This document shows positions 31,801-44,860 of a stretch of DNA of 64,000 nucleotides, in pieces. This stretch comes from Rhodosorus marinus CCMP1338 (taxonomy: Eukaryota > Plantae > Rhodophyta). Location of the stretch: the NCBI GenBank assembly GCA_029953675.1, contig JAMWBK010000001.1, positions 1-64,000 on the forward strand, read 5' to 3'. The notes beneath the pieces are model-generated. The model worked only from the letters and a program-made list of their open reading frames with translations. It did not search any database and was not told the DNA's origin. A program made the translations under genes and the position numbers. Positions within the stretch are counted from its first letter, which is position 1. The number at the start of each line of letters is the position of its first letter.

Positions 31801-34800
31801 TCCGATAGCACGTTCAATCCTCCGCGCAAAACTACGGAACGGTTGTCATCCTCAGTCTGCTCGGCGTAGAGAATGACTTCGAAGTCCGGTAGATCGAAAG
31901 ATACATGCAGTCCAGCGTATGGAGTCTCCATCACAGGTTTCGAAGTAGCAAGGTAGGGCACGAAGGGAGGTCCCAGATTTAGGACTTGCAAAACCATCTC
32001 CGGAACAACGACAACCGACAACTCCGACGCTGATATTTCTATTGTAAGCTTCCCCAGATACGGTTGCCTGCAGTCAAACTTGAGAAGCGATTCCGTACTC
32101 CGGGTAGTGCCGCCTTGGGTCATCACCAGTTTCCTCTTATTTACACCTCTCCGCCTGTCTTCCAGGGAACAGAAACGACCATCTATGCTTGCGGTCAAGA
32201 ATTTATCCGGCCAAATAGCGAGACTCCCTCCGATGTCCATGAAACTCGCACGGAGGACGGCAAGATTGTCGCCAAGGTCGGCGCCTGCAGACACCGTAAG
32301 CTGCAAATTTGGTATTTCGAATAAGCTTTGTATGAACGGGGTCTCCTCCGGGATCTTGTTGCTCGTTTCTAAGTTGAGTTTCATCTCCTCCTGAACGTCC
32401 ATTCCCCCCTTCATGTCAATTGTTGGCTCACTAAAGTTCTCGCTTAGAACGCAGTACAGTTGGGTATATTGGGCTTCGCAAAGCTGTAAGTCCAACTGTT
32501 CAGGTAGCGTCCATCTGGCTCGAAACGCAGGAAGCCTGGAAATATTTGAGTGTTCGTATCCACGGTGATGCAGGTTTCAGTGAACGCCCGTGGTCTAGCT
32601 CTGCGGAGCTTGGTGTGGACAAGGTATCCAGATACTCTTGCATGTTGTTTTCCTACCTCTTGTGTGGGTCTATGTCGTCTATAGTCTGAACGACCCCATC
32701 ACATCTTTCTCCGTAGCGTTGTCGCCACCAGTCCACCTTCAAGAACACCTTCGCATTCTTGAGAGATGGACGGGAATAGTCCATGCTCACAATTTCAGAT
32801 AATCTCTTCAATCCGTGATCAGGGTGAGGATACAGAACGTAAATAGCCATATCGTCTGCTTCTACACCAAAGGCGAAGTGATAACCCTCCGACGCTGGAT
32901 GATTGCGGACCCAAAGCCACCCTAGTTTTATGAGAACACCCTCACAAGCGTTGGTAGAGTTGCGCGGAAGGAGTACGGTCACGTTGTGGAAATCGAACTA
33001 GAAAACCGAAGTTCAGTTGTCTTCGTAAGACCGGACTTGTTCAATGAGCAAGCGAACAACCATAGACTTACGTTCACTTCAAAATTCGGAATTGTTTTCT
33101 TCGAAGCCTCGATTTCATCCGTAAAAACTTCGATGATTTGAAAGTCTGGAGAACCGGCACCTATTTCTGAAAGATCGTGCTGTATGCAACGGACGTAGCT
33201 CCTCAGCTGGGACCAGAACTTCGACGTATGTACGACGCGGAGATATTTGAACTGTCCCTTCAGGACGACCTTTTCCAAGTTAGTATCGGATACAGAGAAC
33301 GACAACGAATCATGAGCGTCGTGGTCTCGCTTGTAATGCACGACTGCTTGATGATCTTCTAGCTTAGTGCTGAGGTTCTTCACGTGGAGGTTGTCGAGCT
33401 GGTTATTCACGGACAGGAAGGGCAAGTGATCAGAACAAAATGCGAGAGCCGGTATGGCCCCGTGAACCCAACATCACGCGAAAACCTCGAGTAGTAATTC
33501 GGTTGAATACAACTATTACCTTTCCTCGCGCCGCAATCGTTCCGCTGTTGAACATCTCCACGTTTGTGGAGCACTGCCCTATGTCCAGAAGGCCAAGATC
33601 GCCGGAGTCTCTACTCGTTAGGAGCACTGAGAGTCCATCAAAACTCGTCCTTACCGTAAGGACGCCTCGACGTTGCACGAGCGCCGTGGAGAGGTTCACC
33701 ACGCCTTTCGCCTGTATTTATACGTAGGCAACCGGGAAACAAGAAAACACGGAGCATTCATGCCAGGGTAAGTGGTGTTCTAGCGGAGACACAATTCATA
33801 TGCACTGCCATGACGCCGACGGCCTGGCTGTAATACCTGATGCTTTACGGTCCTGGCTGCATTGAGAGCTGTAGTTCCCACAGATTCGAACGGGTCAGCA
33901 CCGCTTGGATTTTCGTAGAAGAATCGGGCTATCTCCATAACGAATTCACGCTCAACCACTGAGCTGAGCATCTTCCACGACAGATTGAAAACTTGTTCTC
34001 GCAGTTCATAATTGTTAGTGTAGTCCACCTACACCGGTTTCAAACAGCAACGGGCGTCAGTACTTGAAACGGCAGGTCAATCTGCCGGGTACGAAAACGA
34101 GCGAAAAATTGATTCATTTGGCTACGCACGTTCGTAATCGCCTCGGTAGATTCACCCTCATCGACGCAAGCAACCAAGATAGGTCGTGAAGATAGTTCGT
34201 CGATGATTTCTACTGAGCAAAGTCTGCCTGCGCATTTAAGCTCACGTGCAGTATCTTCAATACTCGCCTCCAAACCCGCAACATGGATTCTCATCAAGTC
34301 GGACGACCTGTGATTGGCGGGGTTTCAGGTCATTCTGAGAATCGTCGACGAACAAACTCAGTCGATTGGCCATCTCTTGTAAGCCTTACCGGTTTGTGAG
34401 GCGTACGTTCACGTCGGTAAGAGAAAGCTCTAGCTGCATCTCCGGAACGGATCTCCTCGCTCGTGTTGGTTTAAGGCTTCCCCTTCTAGCAAGCTGTCGA
34501 CCGATTAATGTACTGTACTCCACTCCCCCAGTTGGATGATTTTCGCGATACGGTGACTTGATCCACATGGCAGCTAGCCTTAGCAAGTGCCAGTACACTT
34601 CTTGTTCCAAACGAAGCGAGACAGAGGGTAAAACTCCCTTCGTCCGTAACTAGTAGAGACAGATGAGCGCATGAGAGAAGAATTTTCGCCTCCTCAAGAT
34701 TGCTGGGAATTTCCTACCTTGTGATAGTTACCTAGTTTCTCGTCCGGTACTATTTGATTCACGACCTCAAAATCCTGAAGAACCTCAAGATCAAAATTAA

Positions 34801-37800
34801 AACTGGCTGGGCACAAAACCGTATGACCTTGCTCGGCTATTTCGCTAGGATAAAGCACCGCTTGGACTTCTCTGAGCTTCAGCCGATACGACGAATAGCA
34901 CACACTCACTTCGTCGAAACGCTCGAGTCGCCTTTGACCTAGTGTCACAATATCAACAGTTCCCAGGTCCAGCGCAAACGTTGGATCTTCTTTTGTCGCA
35001 CCTGGGTAACGCAAATCGTAATTGTAAGATCAACCTCGTTTTCTGAACCACGCGAGTGAAGATACCTTCTAGAGCTTACCAGATATTAGCACTCGCGAGG
35101 ACTGGAAGAACATATCCACCGTCAGAGGTTCCTGCTTGGCCAGAAATACGGACTCAAGCTTCCTCCTCAGGTTTTCTAATCGCCGCGCCGCGACATCACC
35201 GAATGCATCGATGACGTCGTGGATGCTTTCCGGAGGTTTCCAGAACGATGTCAGCATTACCAAACAGTTGGAGGAGAGGTCGACGACGAACTCAAACCCA
35301 GAAACCTACAGATTCGTTCCACCAGAAGAAAACAGTTCAGAAGGACTAGTCTGATTAATTCCTTCGAAATTCCGCAGGGGGTGCTTACGGCAGATTGCAG
35401 ACTAATACGACTAACGACACCTTCTGATGTTTCGTCTTCGTGTTGGACATAGCGCATAGCTCCGATACAACTTGACACGGCAGAAGATCTCGCAAATTCC
35501 GCTGATTTATCCAATTCTGGGTATAGCAGCTTTTCATGGAACTGCCGCCTTAGTTCTTCAAGCTTGATGTTCTTCACATCGCGTGGCGTCAACACCCGGC
35601 TCTGATTTTTGAAAAGAAAATAAAGTACCCGTTGTTTGTGTACCACATCCAAGTTCCAGTTGGCAGCACGCGTCCCTTTAAAACTATTATCACGAAACAT
35701 ACCTGTTTCTCAATATCCCATGACTCTGCAGTCCCGAGGAATACCTCAACCTGTATGTTGTCAAGCGTCGCTAGCAGGATGCCAAGCCGAAGGTCCTCGA
35801 TTCTCGTGTCCAGGAAGGGTACACGACCACTGTCATCGTCGACGCTGAACAGAGCGAGGGATCCCTTCACGACGAGGACGTTTATACGATGTCTCTCCAT
35901 GCCAATAAGGTCCAACGGCGCTATCTCGGAACTCAACAGGTTGGGCTCATCTCGTACGTCAAGTTGCCCTTCAACTTGGGGATTTCGATTGCATTCGACA
36001 ACCTGCCTTGAAGTTTCGTCCCGGGCGCTGTCGGAGTCTATGTTCAGCCTATGGACTTCTCGTAGCCCATAGTTTTCGGTACCTACATTGGCAACGAGTG
36101 GAGTATTTCGATCTCAGTCTTTGCCGTACATGACTTAGAAACTCGACGCGCACCGTACCCCTACGATCTCGCGGTGATCCGTTCCAACCCTCGTCGCCGC
36201 TTCGTTCAAGTTTCTGACTCGCGGACGAGCTTGAGGAAAACATTGAAATGAAGCCTCTCCTAGAGGACGGACGAGTCGTTTCGCTTGTGGAGCCTTTTCT
36301 TATAGCTTCTTCGCTCTCGATTCGTTCGTCGCAAATCGTTCGATAGAGAAGAATGTCCTCTATTCGGAGTCTCCTCTCCATGTTTTCTATCAGCTCAGAC
36401 ACTTCAGCATCCACTGGATTCCCCGACCTCCTGGAAGTCACCAGAGACATCCTCGCACTTATGTACATCTTCATGTTAAGTCTCCACTTTCGCATTTCAG
36501 AGGCAGTAGATGCCCGTCTGTCCTCCACGGTTTTGTTGAAACCGGGGATTAGCCTCTCAAACGCCAGCTCCCACCATTCCCTCCCATGAGAAGGACGAAA
36601 TGCGAACCGACCTGGAAAGGTAAAAGTGCATCAATCAAATGCCTATATTCGGCTCAAACAGTGAACCAGGCAGATCGACGACGAACACGTCAGCATTCGC
36701 TTGATTTCCCGTACCTTTCTTTGTCAGCGAGATTATCTCATTCACGAACCGCAGCAGGCTTTGGTACTGGAACTGGTCAAGAGCGATGTCCAATCTCGGG
36801 ATCGTGACTTCAACTTCAGCGAATGGGCGTTCCAACAGAAGCTCTTCTATCCTCGCCGAACTTAGGAACTTAGAGTTCAGCCTGGAGACGTTTGCGCGCG
36901 CATGGACCGGTCCGAGAAGCGGTCTGACAAATTTGCTGGAATGAAACGAGGAGATCTCCTCTCTTATTTGCGCACTGTAACAGAGAGGGGGTGGTATAAA
37001 AGCAGTTTACCTCAGTTTTGGGACACAATACGTGCTTCTGCTACAGCATCCGCTTACCGTGACTTCCCAAGAACCGTAAAGGGCTCTCGAAGGGGAGCGA
37101 CCCCGACCTCGAAGTTAGCGAGCTTGATTGTGGAGTAGCACAACGGCCTGTTCTCCTTGTCCTCACCAACCAGCGACTTCCAGTGCTCATCTGTGGGATG
37201 AATGATGACTTCTTTGGATGCTAGTTGCAAAGAAAACGCCTCCTTCGAGGAGGTAAGCGCATCCTCGTATCGAATTACAATATTTCTGAACTCGAGTTGG
37301 AGGTTCCCAGTAATGCGGTGAAACAGCCTCGATGTTATTCGGCTTTTCCATCTGCCCAAAACGAGAAGAGAAAAAACAAAGGAGAGAAAGCGTTTAGGCG
37401 ATTTGGTGTATTTGCTTTCCTGTCTGTTCTGCACTAGACATGGCGAGACCGTGCGCAAAGAGTCTCTGACGTACGTTGATTGTGAATCGCTGCTTCCAGT
37501 TAAAGTACTATTTCTTTCCCTCCAGTTAATCTCACGTAGAGTATCATCAGCGTGCAGCCGAGCTCGTTTGATTCTCATACGCCCCTTTTCGAACGATTCT
37601 CGGCCCTGTTGCCTTTGGGGCTTGGCGAGGACAGCGATGTTGGACAGCTTTACTAGCACCGGCTTGTCCTGTTGTTTCCATGGAATCTGCCCATGTTCGC
37701 AATCAATGCAAAGATTCAGTGAGCATAGAAGAGATTGAAAAAATCTGAGTCGATGTACCCTTTCGGGAAGGTACATCTAGTACTCGCAGGAGGTGCGGGT

Positions 37801-38047
37801 TTACTCCTGATCTGAAGTCGGCTATTACCTCAAAGCAAAGATGCTCGATTGCGCTAGCAGCGACGTGAAGAGGAGCATCAATCCCAACAGACTCAAGCAA
37901 AATCGAAAGCGCCTGTTCACGCAATTCCAGATCATGCAGTTCCAGCTTCCCTGTCCATACTGCTAGCTTCACCTTCTCAGCGTCTAGGCCAGATACGTAG
38001 TCCCTCAGAATCCAAGCTAGATTTTCAACAACTACACTTTCGAACAT
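25807..38047 (-). CDS. VPS13: Vacuolar protein sorting 13 (bridge-like lipid transfer protein), multi-exon
   Basis: Chorein-N start MFESVV..L..YV.GLDAEKVKLAVWTGKLELHDLELR. Later exons show VAB/SHR-BD-like repeats (PYLIRNRC..IAYNQ..SARYSWDVP), APT1-like ISFVDLTPVEIMY, and ATG2_C/PH-like regions. Long colinear ORFs are separated by short introns; exact exon boundaries were not all resolved. Confidence 0.93.
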
Positions 38048-39654
38048 TGTGAAACTCCATTGAACTCAATATGACAACGGCAACGCATCTCCAGATCGTG
38101 AACAGAAACTGAAGCAACCTGCCGTTGAGTGTTCTATACACTCCAAAGCCGACAGAAGTGATTCGCTTCAAAAAAGCTTGTTCAACAATACACGCTGGAA
38201 TCTCCAGGGTGTCACTGGTTTTGGGAGGTTTCGGGTTCGACTCCATTTTTTGGTTTTTGAAATCTTAGCTCGGGTATGTTTTGAATTTCGATGTTGGCAC
38301 ATGGTTGGAGGTGCGAGGGCACGGTTTAGCAGGGCTCAAGTCTGCGGTCCTTGAGTAAGGCGCTGAAACGGAGTTCGCGCTTGGTTGTTTCTTTTTGATA
38401 AGGGTGCGCGTATGGAGCGGGTAGAGGAGATTTGTGGCTTGAAGCCTGGTGAGTAATGCGCTAGTAGGCACGGGCAGTTTCCAAACGTTAACGCGTGGCT
38501 CGATGTCAAGCGAATAGGAACATTCCTTGGAAAGGATTTCGCGGCAGCAAGATTCTTCGTGCAAAAAGTTGAACAGGGATAGAGGTTGGGACGTGCGTAC
38601 TCAATCGCAGCGAACGAGTGCTTCCAACGGGGGCACTGGGACACTAGTATGCTCCTGCCGCCGCATTGGGCTGCAGTCTTCTGCGGCAGCCGTGAGTTCG
38701 ACAACCAGCAGACGAAGAAGAAAACGTACGGTAGATTGCGAATTCTCGGTCAGGGTACGGAATAGTTCTGACGTGCGCCTTAAAGCGTGGTCAGTTATTC
38801 ACTATTGGGACGTTCTTCCTGATGCCAAGGTCCGAGAGTTTACCTACCTCTATCTCCAGGATGCGGCCGTACAGACCGATTGCGGAGGTCGCGAGAAAAG
38901 AACGATGTTAGTAAGGGTTTTCGGGAGCCTACCAGATCCTGTCCAGTTTAAGTACGGGTGGTATGTAACTACGTCCCGCTCATGCCCCCTATGGACTACG
39001 TCCCGCCCAGTCCATAGGGGGCATGAGCCGGTCCTGTCTAGTGATTGTATTGAGAGCTTGGGTCAGGAGGCGCAAAAAATAGCTGAGAGAATAAGAGGAC
39101 TCTACCGAAACGGATCGTGGAACATGAGAGCAAGTATAAGCACCGCTGTAGCTAGTTGGGAACTTGAAGAAAGCCAGCAGAGGGTGCTTTCATGAGGAAC
39201 TGCGTCTGATGCTCCTAGCTCGATATACCCGGTTGGAGCGCCTGCTGTTTGCAAGGTGGATTGGTATGAGCGTCTACGCGTCAAAGAGAGCTTTCCTCAA
39301 GGGGGTTTGGGAGGAGAGCGAACTTATCGAGCAACGGACCACTCCCGAAACGGATGGGATCACAGGAAACCAAGACCTTGCTGGCCAGTATGCATATATA
39401 TTTATCCCTTGAACCACAACAAAAGTATGACGAAAACCTCATCTTATGGAATTGCGCCAACTGTTGAATCGACCCATTCCGGACAATGTGTTAGCCGACC
39501 TGCGCCTGCCCCACTTCTCCCCAATTATACGCACTCCGGGCTTCTGAAGAAGAGGATGGTTTCATCTCAGAGTTCCGACGCACAGCGCGACTGCACCTGG
39601 AAGCCACGCCCTATGGGAGTTGAACAGACGATGACCTTTTAAGCCTTTCTATAA

Positions 39655-39757
39655 GCGCATATTATCCAGCTGCCCCGCTGTGAAAGGCGCCAGAACTCGA
39701 CGACATACGCGGATCTTGAACCTGTTATACCCCGAACTTCGGCCTATCGTCAAGTCC
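39655..39757 (+). mobile_element. Family C fragment (CCHC knuckle region)
   Basis: SCPAVKGARTRRHTRILNLLYPELRPIV matches the copy at 24190-24300. The fragment ends abruptly at a telomere unit. Confidence 0.85.
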
Positions 39758-39786
39758 GGGGTTACGTTAGTCTGGACTCTGGGGTT
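39758..39786 (+). repeat. Interstitial telomere unit in G-strand orientation
   Basis: GGGGTTACGTTAGTCTGG (exact 18 nt), followed by the partial ACTCTGGGGTT. Confidence 0.85.
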
Positions 39787-42700
39787 GAGTTTGAGTTTGG
39801 AAATTGGAAAATACTGCTGTTTGGAAATAAGTTCGTACATGATAGTAAAACAGGTACGCGGGCCGTACCCGGAACCTCTTCTGATTCCGAAACCCGCCCT
39901 GGGGTACACGCGAAACGGATAAAGAGCTCCAGCACCAGCATCAGCACGCAGGAGACGACCAACGCCACAGGTCCACAACACAAAAAGGAACGAACCAGGG
40001 CAGAGTCTCAAGCCGCAGCCGATCCAGCCGCTTCGTTTCTCCACCAGCTTCGCAGCTACGACCGGAGCTACCAAGACCTGGGAATTGGCGAGTCTGACAT
40101 AGTAGATTTCTACCAGGCGGTCTTCAAACTTTACTCGCGCACCAGCTGCACGAAATGACTGCAAGGAGTCACCGGACGACTCACCGAGATATCATAAAAA
40201 ACCCTACATGTGGCAAAAGGTGGACCCGCCACACCGGACTTGTCTCAACTCCCGCAGCTCCGCCCGCAGACGGCGGCAGTCAACCGATTTGAACCAGGAA
40301 CCAACAACAACCAACTTCCGGGGGGACAGGTCTCAAATTACAATTCGAGGACGGCCGTGACGGCGGCTATCGGACAGCAAAACATCAACCAACGACCGAT
40401 CATCAATCAATATCAAGGGAGGACAGATGTCCTAACTTCATTCGACTATACCGCAGCCTTCTTCTTCAGGTTCATTCAGAGCCTAACTACCCTGAGAAGC
40501 GAGAGACAAGACGCTGATGACGCGCGTCTACCAAAAAAAGCAGCATTTGAGAGCCACAGGGTCAAAGAAAGCTCCGTGAGCGGCCTTCCGTGTCATCGGG
40601 ACCAGCACCACACGGGGAACCGGAGCGCATTGCACACAATACCCCAGATCGCGGATCAGCCAGCGGGGCTGCAGCTCTAGTAAGACCCGCCGGACGCCCA
40701 GGACAACAGACACAGCAGGCCGCGTTGAGGCAGTTCCACGCCACGGTAGGGGGGTCTTCTTGGGGACCTGAGACGACACCGGTCTTACCTACCGGTGGAC
40801 GTTTAGGGTAGGTCTTACCTACCCTCAGAAACGTCCGCCCGCCACGACAGGATGATGTGGCAACCTCTTGACTTCACCGCCGTTCTTTGCCGAGCGCTGG
40901 GGATTTCGACTTCCCACACGCACATGTGGACTTCATCTCATCGCACGCGAGCCTGTTGTGCCACCCAGACGCGATCCCGATACTGCAGAGCTCCATCGCC
41001 CGAGGCGTATTCCGGACAGGGATATTCGGATGTTTCAGCCTGAGACACCCAGACCGGCAGGTGTCTCTCCACACTGGCCAGGAGCTGGATCCGGACAACC
41101 TGCTGGCATTCAACGAGCGGAAACACATCGGCCCCGAGAAGATCCCGGCCCAGATGCTGACGAGGGCGATCGAACAGATCATCCGGATCCGGTCGAGACT
41201 CGGAAATCGGCATCTCTCCTTCAACGCTCTCGCAGCGATCCACGAGACCTTGAAAGCCCGGCTACAGACTCTCCAAGCACTTCAACATCCGCCACCGATA
41301 GTCCGGGAGAGCGCGAACCCCTTCTGCAGCCACTACGCACGCAGAACCAGAAGCCTCGTCTCCTCCCGGAGATGTACAGGCAGCCCGCGGGATCGTCGAC
41401 ACTACAGGAACTCCACCGCGACATCCCAACTACCGGAAGAGGACATCGAAGAAGACAACCCACATGTAGAGCTCACCTGCAATCTCCCGGAGCCCTCATA
41501 GCCGAAACGCACGCGTATCGACGCGACAGATACACGCCAGGACGCAGAGATGACTCCGGCAGCTCCTGAGGAACGTCAGGCCTCTCCGGTAGCCCTCCCT
41601 GCCCGCTCCACTCACAGCACTGCGATGGACACCCAGGACAGCCAGGAAGCAACCGACAGTTAATGCCAGGCACACGCAGAGGAATAAAACGACGACGGGA
41701 TGAGCCTAGGTTCTGCTCCGATCGTCAGGACTGGATTCAACGCTGGAGTGACTTTGTACAAGAAACGGAAGGGGGGAGGCTGTGGACGCGCCTCACATAC
41801 TGTCCGGTCCCTACCCGACGCTTCGTACCCCGAGCGCACGTCAATACCCGGAGCAGCCTACTCCGAGTGGCCCTGGAGCTCGCACTGGATCGATCTGCCA
41901 TAACGCACGCAAGCCTCCTTCTCATCGGGGGGCCCAGGCTTGGTCCTCGGCTACACTGACCCGGAAATTGGCCCATGGGTCGCACACGTTCTGGAGGGAG
42001 AGTTTCACGCCGTCTGGAAGGCTCTTAAAGATAAAGGCTCCCAGCCAAAGCCCATCGGTGAGCCCCTGGGAGCGACTACCACCAAACAACAAACGCAGTG
42101 GCGACACAAACGAGCACTGAAAATCGCCCATCTGGGACGCCCCCCCTCTCAGACGTTGCACGCAGACTTGAGGCCACTAAAATGGCACCGTTCACGCAAG
42201 CTACCTGGCGACAACTCGAAGGGCTGTTCCCGGAACCGCAGGATTTACCACTACCGGACGCCATCGACAGGCTCTACAGCCCTCCTCTCCCAGGACAGTG
42301 ACACCCTTCGAAAAAGATGGAACGTCAGACAAGCGGCAGACGAAGGCCTACTTGCTATGGTGGCTCGGCTCACCCAAGGCACTAGCCCAGGTCCGAGCGG
42401 ACTCCGCGATGAACATCTACAAGGCCCCAATCAGGAGGTACAGGTGGTCCTCATGCGCTTCCTCAGGCAATTAGCCACCGGGCACGAGAAGATCGCACCA
42501 GCTCTGACCCGTGCGCTGCGCAGCAGCCGATTATTACCGTTCGCGAAACCTTCAACGACGCCACACACGATGCGAGAACAGGCATTCGCCCGATCGGGGT
42601 CCCCGAAGTCCTGAGGAGGGTGGCAACATAACGGATGCTTCGACCAATCACATACCGGGTCCGTGAATTCCTGGTCCCTCTACAACTCGGCATCGGCGTC

Positions 42701-43280
42701 AGCGGTGGCTGTGAGCGCTCACTACATGCTATACAAGCCCACCTCTCCTGCCAACCCGACGATGTAGTCCTACGCCTAGACCTTGAGAGTGTTTTCAACC
42801 GGATCGATCGCAGAATTGACAAGCAAGTAGTGGACCACCATTTTCCCGGAGTTGGACGCTGTGTACCGCCTTGGCTATGGAGGTGACAACACAGAGTCCC
42901 CCAACACTTGGCGGCTGGCGGTCTAGAAACGGACAGGACCAACCCGCCTCGAAGAGACTGACGCTTCAAGCACCAACCGGTGCACGACAAGGCGATCCCC
43001 TAGGACCGGTCTTGCATGCACTCTCCCTGGCAGCTTTCCTCGAAGCTCTACGAAGACTGTGCGGTCTAGAAACGGACAGGAACAACCCGCCTCGACGAGA
43101 CTGACGCTTCAAGCAACAACCGGTGCACAACAAGGCGATCCCCTAGGACCGTTCTTGCATGCACTCTCACTGGCAGCTTTCCTCGAAGCTCAACGAAGCA
43201 AATTCCCAGATCTCACCATCGTGCCATCCACGATGAGGAAACGCTCGATGGACAACTACGAACGGTCAAGGATGCGCTAT
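39787..43280 (+). mobile_element. Family A-related two-ORF CRE-like element, degenerate and 3'-truncated within the RT
   Basis: ORF1-like frames run to a TAA at 41661-41663, which overlaps the ORF2 ATG at 41663. ORF2 remnants include PRL.LG..GEFHAVW, PGPSGLRDEHL, RPIGVPEVLRR, LVPLQLGIGVSGG, LRLDLESVFNRIDR, GAQQGDPLGP and AIHD. The 5' boundary is uncertain. Confidence 0.8.
42918..43200 (+). repeat. 143-bp tandem duplication spanning the RT QGDP motif
   Basis: GCGGTCTAGAAACGGACAGG starts at both 42918 and 43061, and both copies encode TGA(R/Q)QGDPLGP.LHALSLAAFLEA. Confidence 0.9.
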
Positions 43281-44515
43281 CCTCGTGGTTTTCTGACTAT
43301 GCTTCCTCCTTTCCCGGTGATGCCCTTCCCTCGTGCCGTCATGGCCCAACTGTACGGCTCCCTCGTCGTCTTCACAAGCCTCTCGCGTTGGGCTTGGACT
43401 TAGTGTGGCAAAAAGTGTCAGATCACCCTCAATGCTCTCTTGTCTGTGATCTCCTTTTCTTTTCTTCCTCGCCTCGTGCTCAGCTCCTCTACTGTCCCAA
43501 GTCCTTTGCCTTCCGGCCGTATCCACCCTCTGCGCAAGATGCATTTGTTCCTTTCCGGTTTTCCAGCAATGCAGAGCTCGAACGTCTCGGCTTTGCTTCC
43601 CCCTGTTTCTTCTCTTCATGTCCCCCTTCAGATTTCAGGTCTACAAGGCAAACAACGGGCGCGTCACGCTGTGGCAGGCGGTGATCTCCGGAGGGCTGCC
43701 GGGGTTCTCCAGCGACGGCAATAGGTGGTCCAGGCTTTTTCTTGTAATTTCCATTTTCCCTCCTCTCAGTGTCTTTGAATAAGCAACGACAATTTGAAAC
43801 GTACGACCGATTTCCTCTTATTCTTGTGGTGCTTACTGGGCAGGGGGAGGGGCGGCCGGGGCTCTCGCTAGATGCGCAGCTCAGGTTCTTGTTTACTTTA
43901 CATGCGAGCACGTTCCCAATCCAACTTTGGAGACCAAACAATCAATCCGTCGATTCGGGCGGTTTTCCTAGGAAATAACTGCGGATTGCCCCCCCGTCTT
44001 GCGTACTCTGCCGTTTATTCGAGGGAGCTGTGCGAACAGCAAACACGCGAGAAGTCCTCCCTGGGCAGGAACCATCGTCAATTAAATCATCATCGTTTTT
44101 TCCAAGACAACAACCCTGAGAGGAAGAAGGCGAGGCGAAACCGAGAGAAGGGGCCTCTAAAACTATGAAGTCAGTAGCTCCTCCTGTGGTCAAGCCAGAA
44201 ACGTATCGAGAACTCGTGGGGAGTTTGATACGTCTTGCATAGAGGACACTGGATATTCTTCATGCTGAAGTTATCGATTAAAGTGCGGTCGATTCTTCAG
44301 AAGAACCTGCACAATCCGATCCGGAGTCTATGGAAGAGAGGGTATCTGCTCCGGAGGGGACAATCCGAAAGCGGTCAAGAGAAGTGATCCACAAAGGAAC
44401 GTATCCACCCCACCGGGATAGTGCTTCTGGGCTCAGAAGCACTCCTCCCCAGCACAACTGGAAGCACGTGAAACCCAACGCACAATCAGTCCACCGATGC
44501 GTTGAGACGCGTCCT

Positions 44516-44536
44516 AGATGCTAATAAAGCCAGATG
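44516..44536 (+). mobile_element. 11-bp family B tail micro-insertion with a 5-bp direct repeat
   Basis: AGATG-CTAATAAAGCC-AGATG; ATGCTAATAAAGCC matches the family B terminus at 19256-19269. Confidence 0.55.
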
Positions 44537-44810
44537 AGGAGGGCGCAAGCGTTCTGTTGGGGACATCACATTGAAGGGTTCATTGACGAACCTTAGACAA
44601 CATTTTGAAGCAGGAGGTGCTCAACGTTGGAGCGTTCTCCATTTGATCTTTGAATGCAAAATTGGTAACGATTGTCAGTGTTCGTCATGAGGTAAAGGCT
44701 ACTGGGTCCCAGCTCTTCTCATCGGGGACTGCTCAAGCATGAGGAAATCATTTCAGAAGAGTTGGGAATCTGTGTCGACATGGGCAGGCACGTACCAGGA
44801 ACGGTCGCAA

Positions 44811-44860
44811 CAAGTTATCTGGCTTTATTAGCATAGCCTAAAACGCTACGCAAGTTATCT
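44811..44860 (-). mobile_element. 30-bp family B tail micro-insertion with a 10-bp target-site duplication
   Basis: CAAGTTATCT-[GGCTTTATTAGCATAGCCTAAAACGCTACG]-CAAGTTATCT. The insert is the reverse complement of the family B 3' end. Confidence 0.85.

Noticed and set aside
38225-38255. GGTTCGACTCC B-box followed by a T-run (tRNA/SINE-like)
   Set aside because: There is no A-box or cloverleaf pairing upstream.
38265-39642. Several overlapping 80-220 aa ORFs upstream of VPS13
   Set aside because: They have no recognisable domains, lie on mutually incompatible frames and mostly lack ATG starts.
39649-40164. Minus-strand ORF read as the 3' end of a fourth retroelement family (RLVEIYYVRLANSQVL)
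   Set aside because: The plus strand gives a more protein-like frame continuous with the family A-related ORF1 region, and the resemblance was only a few residues.
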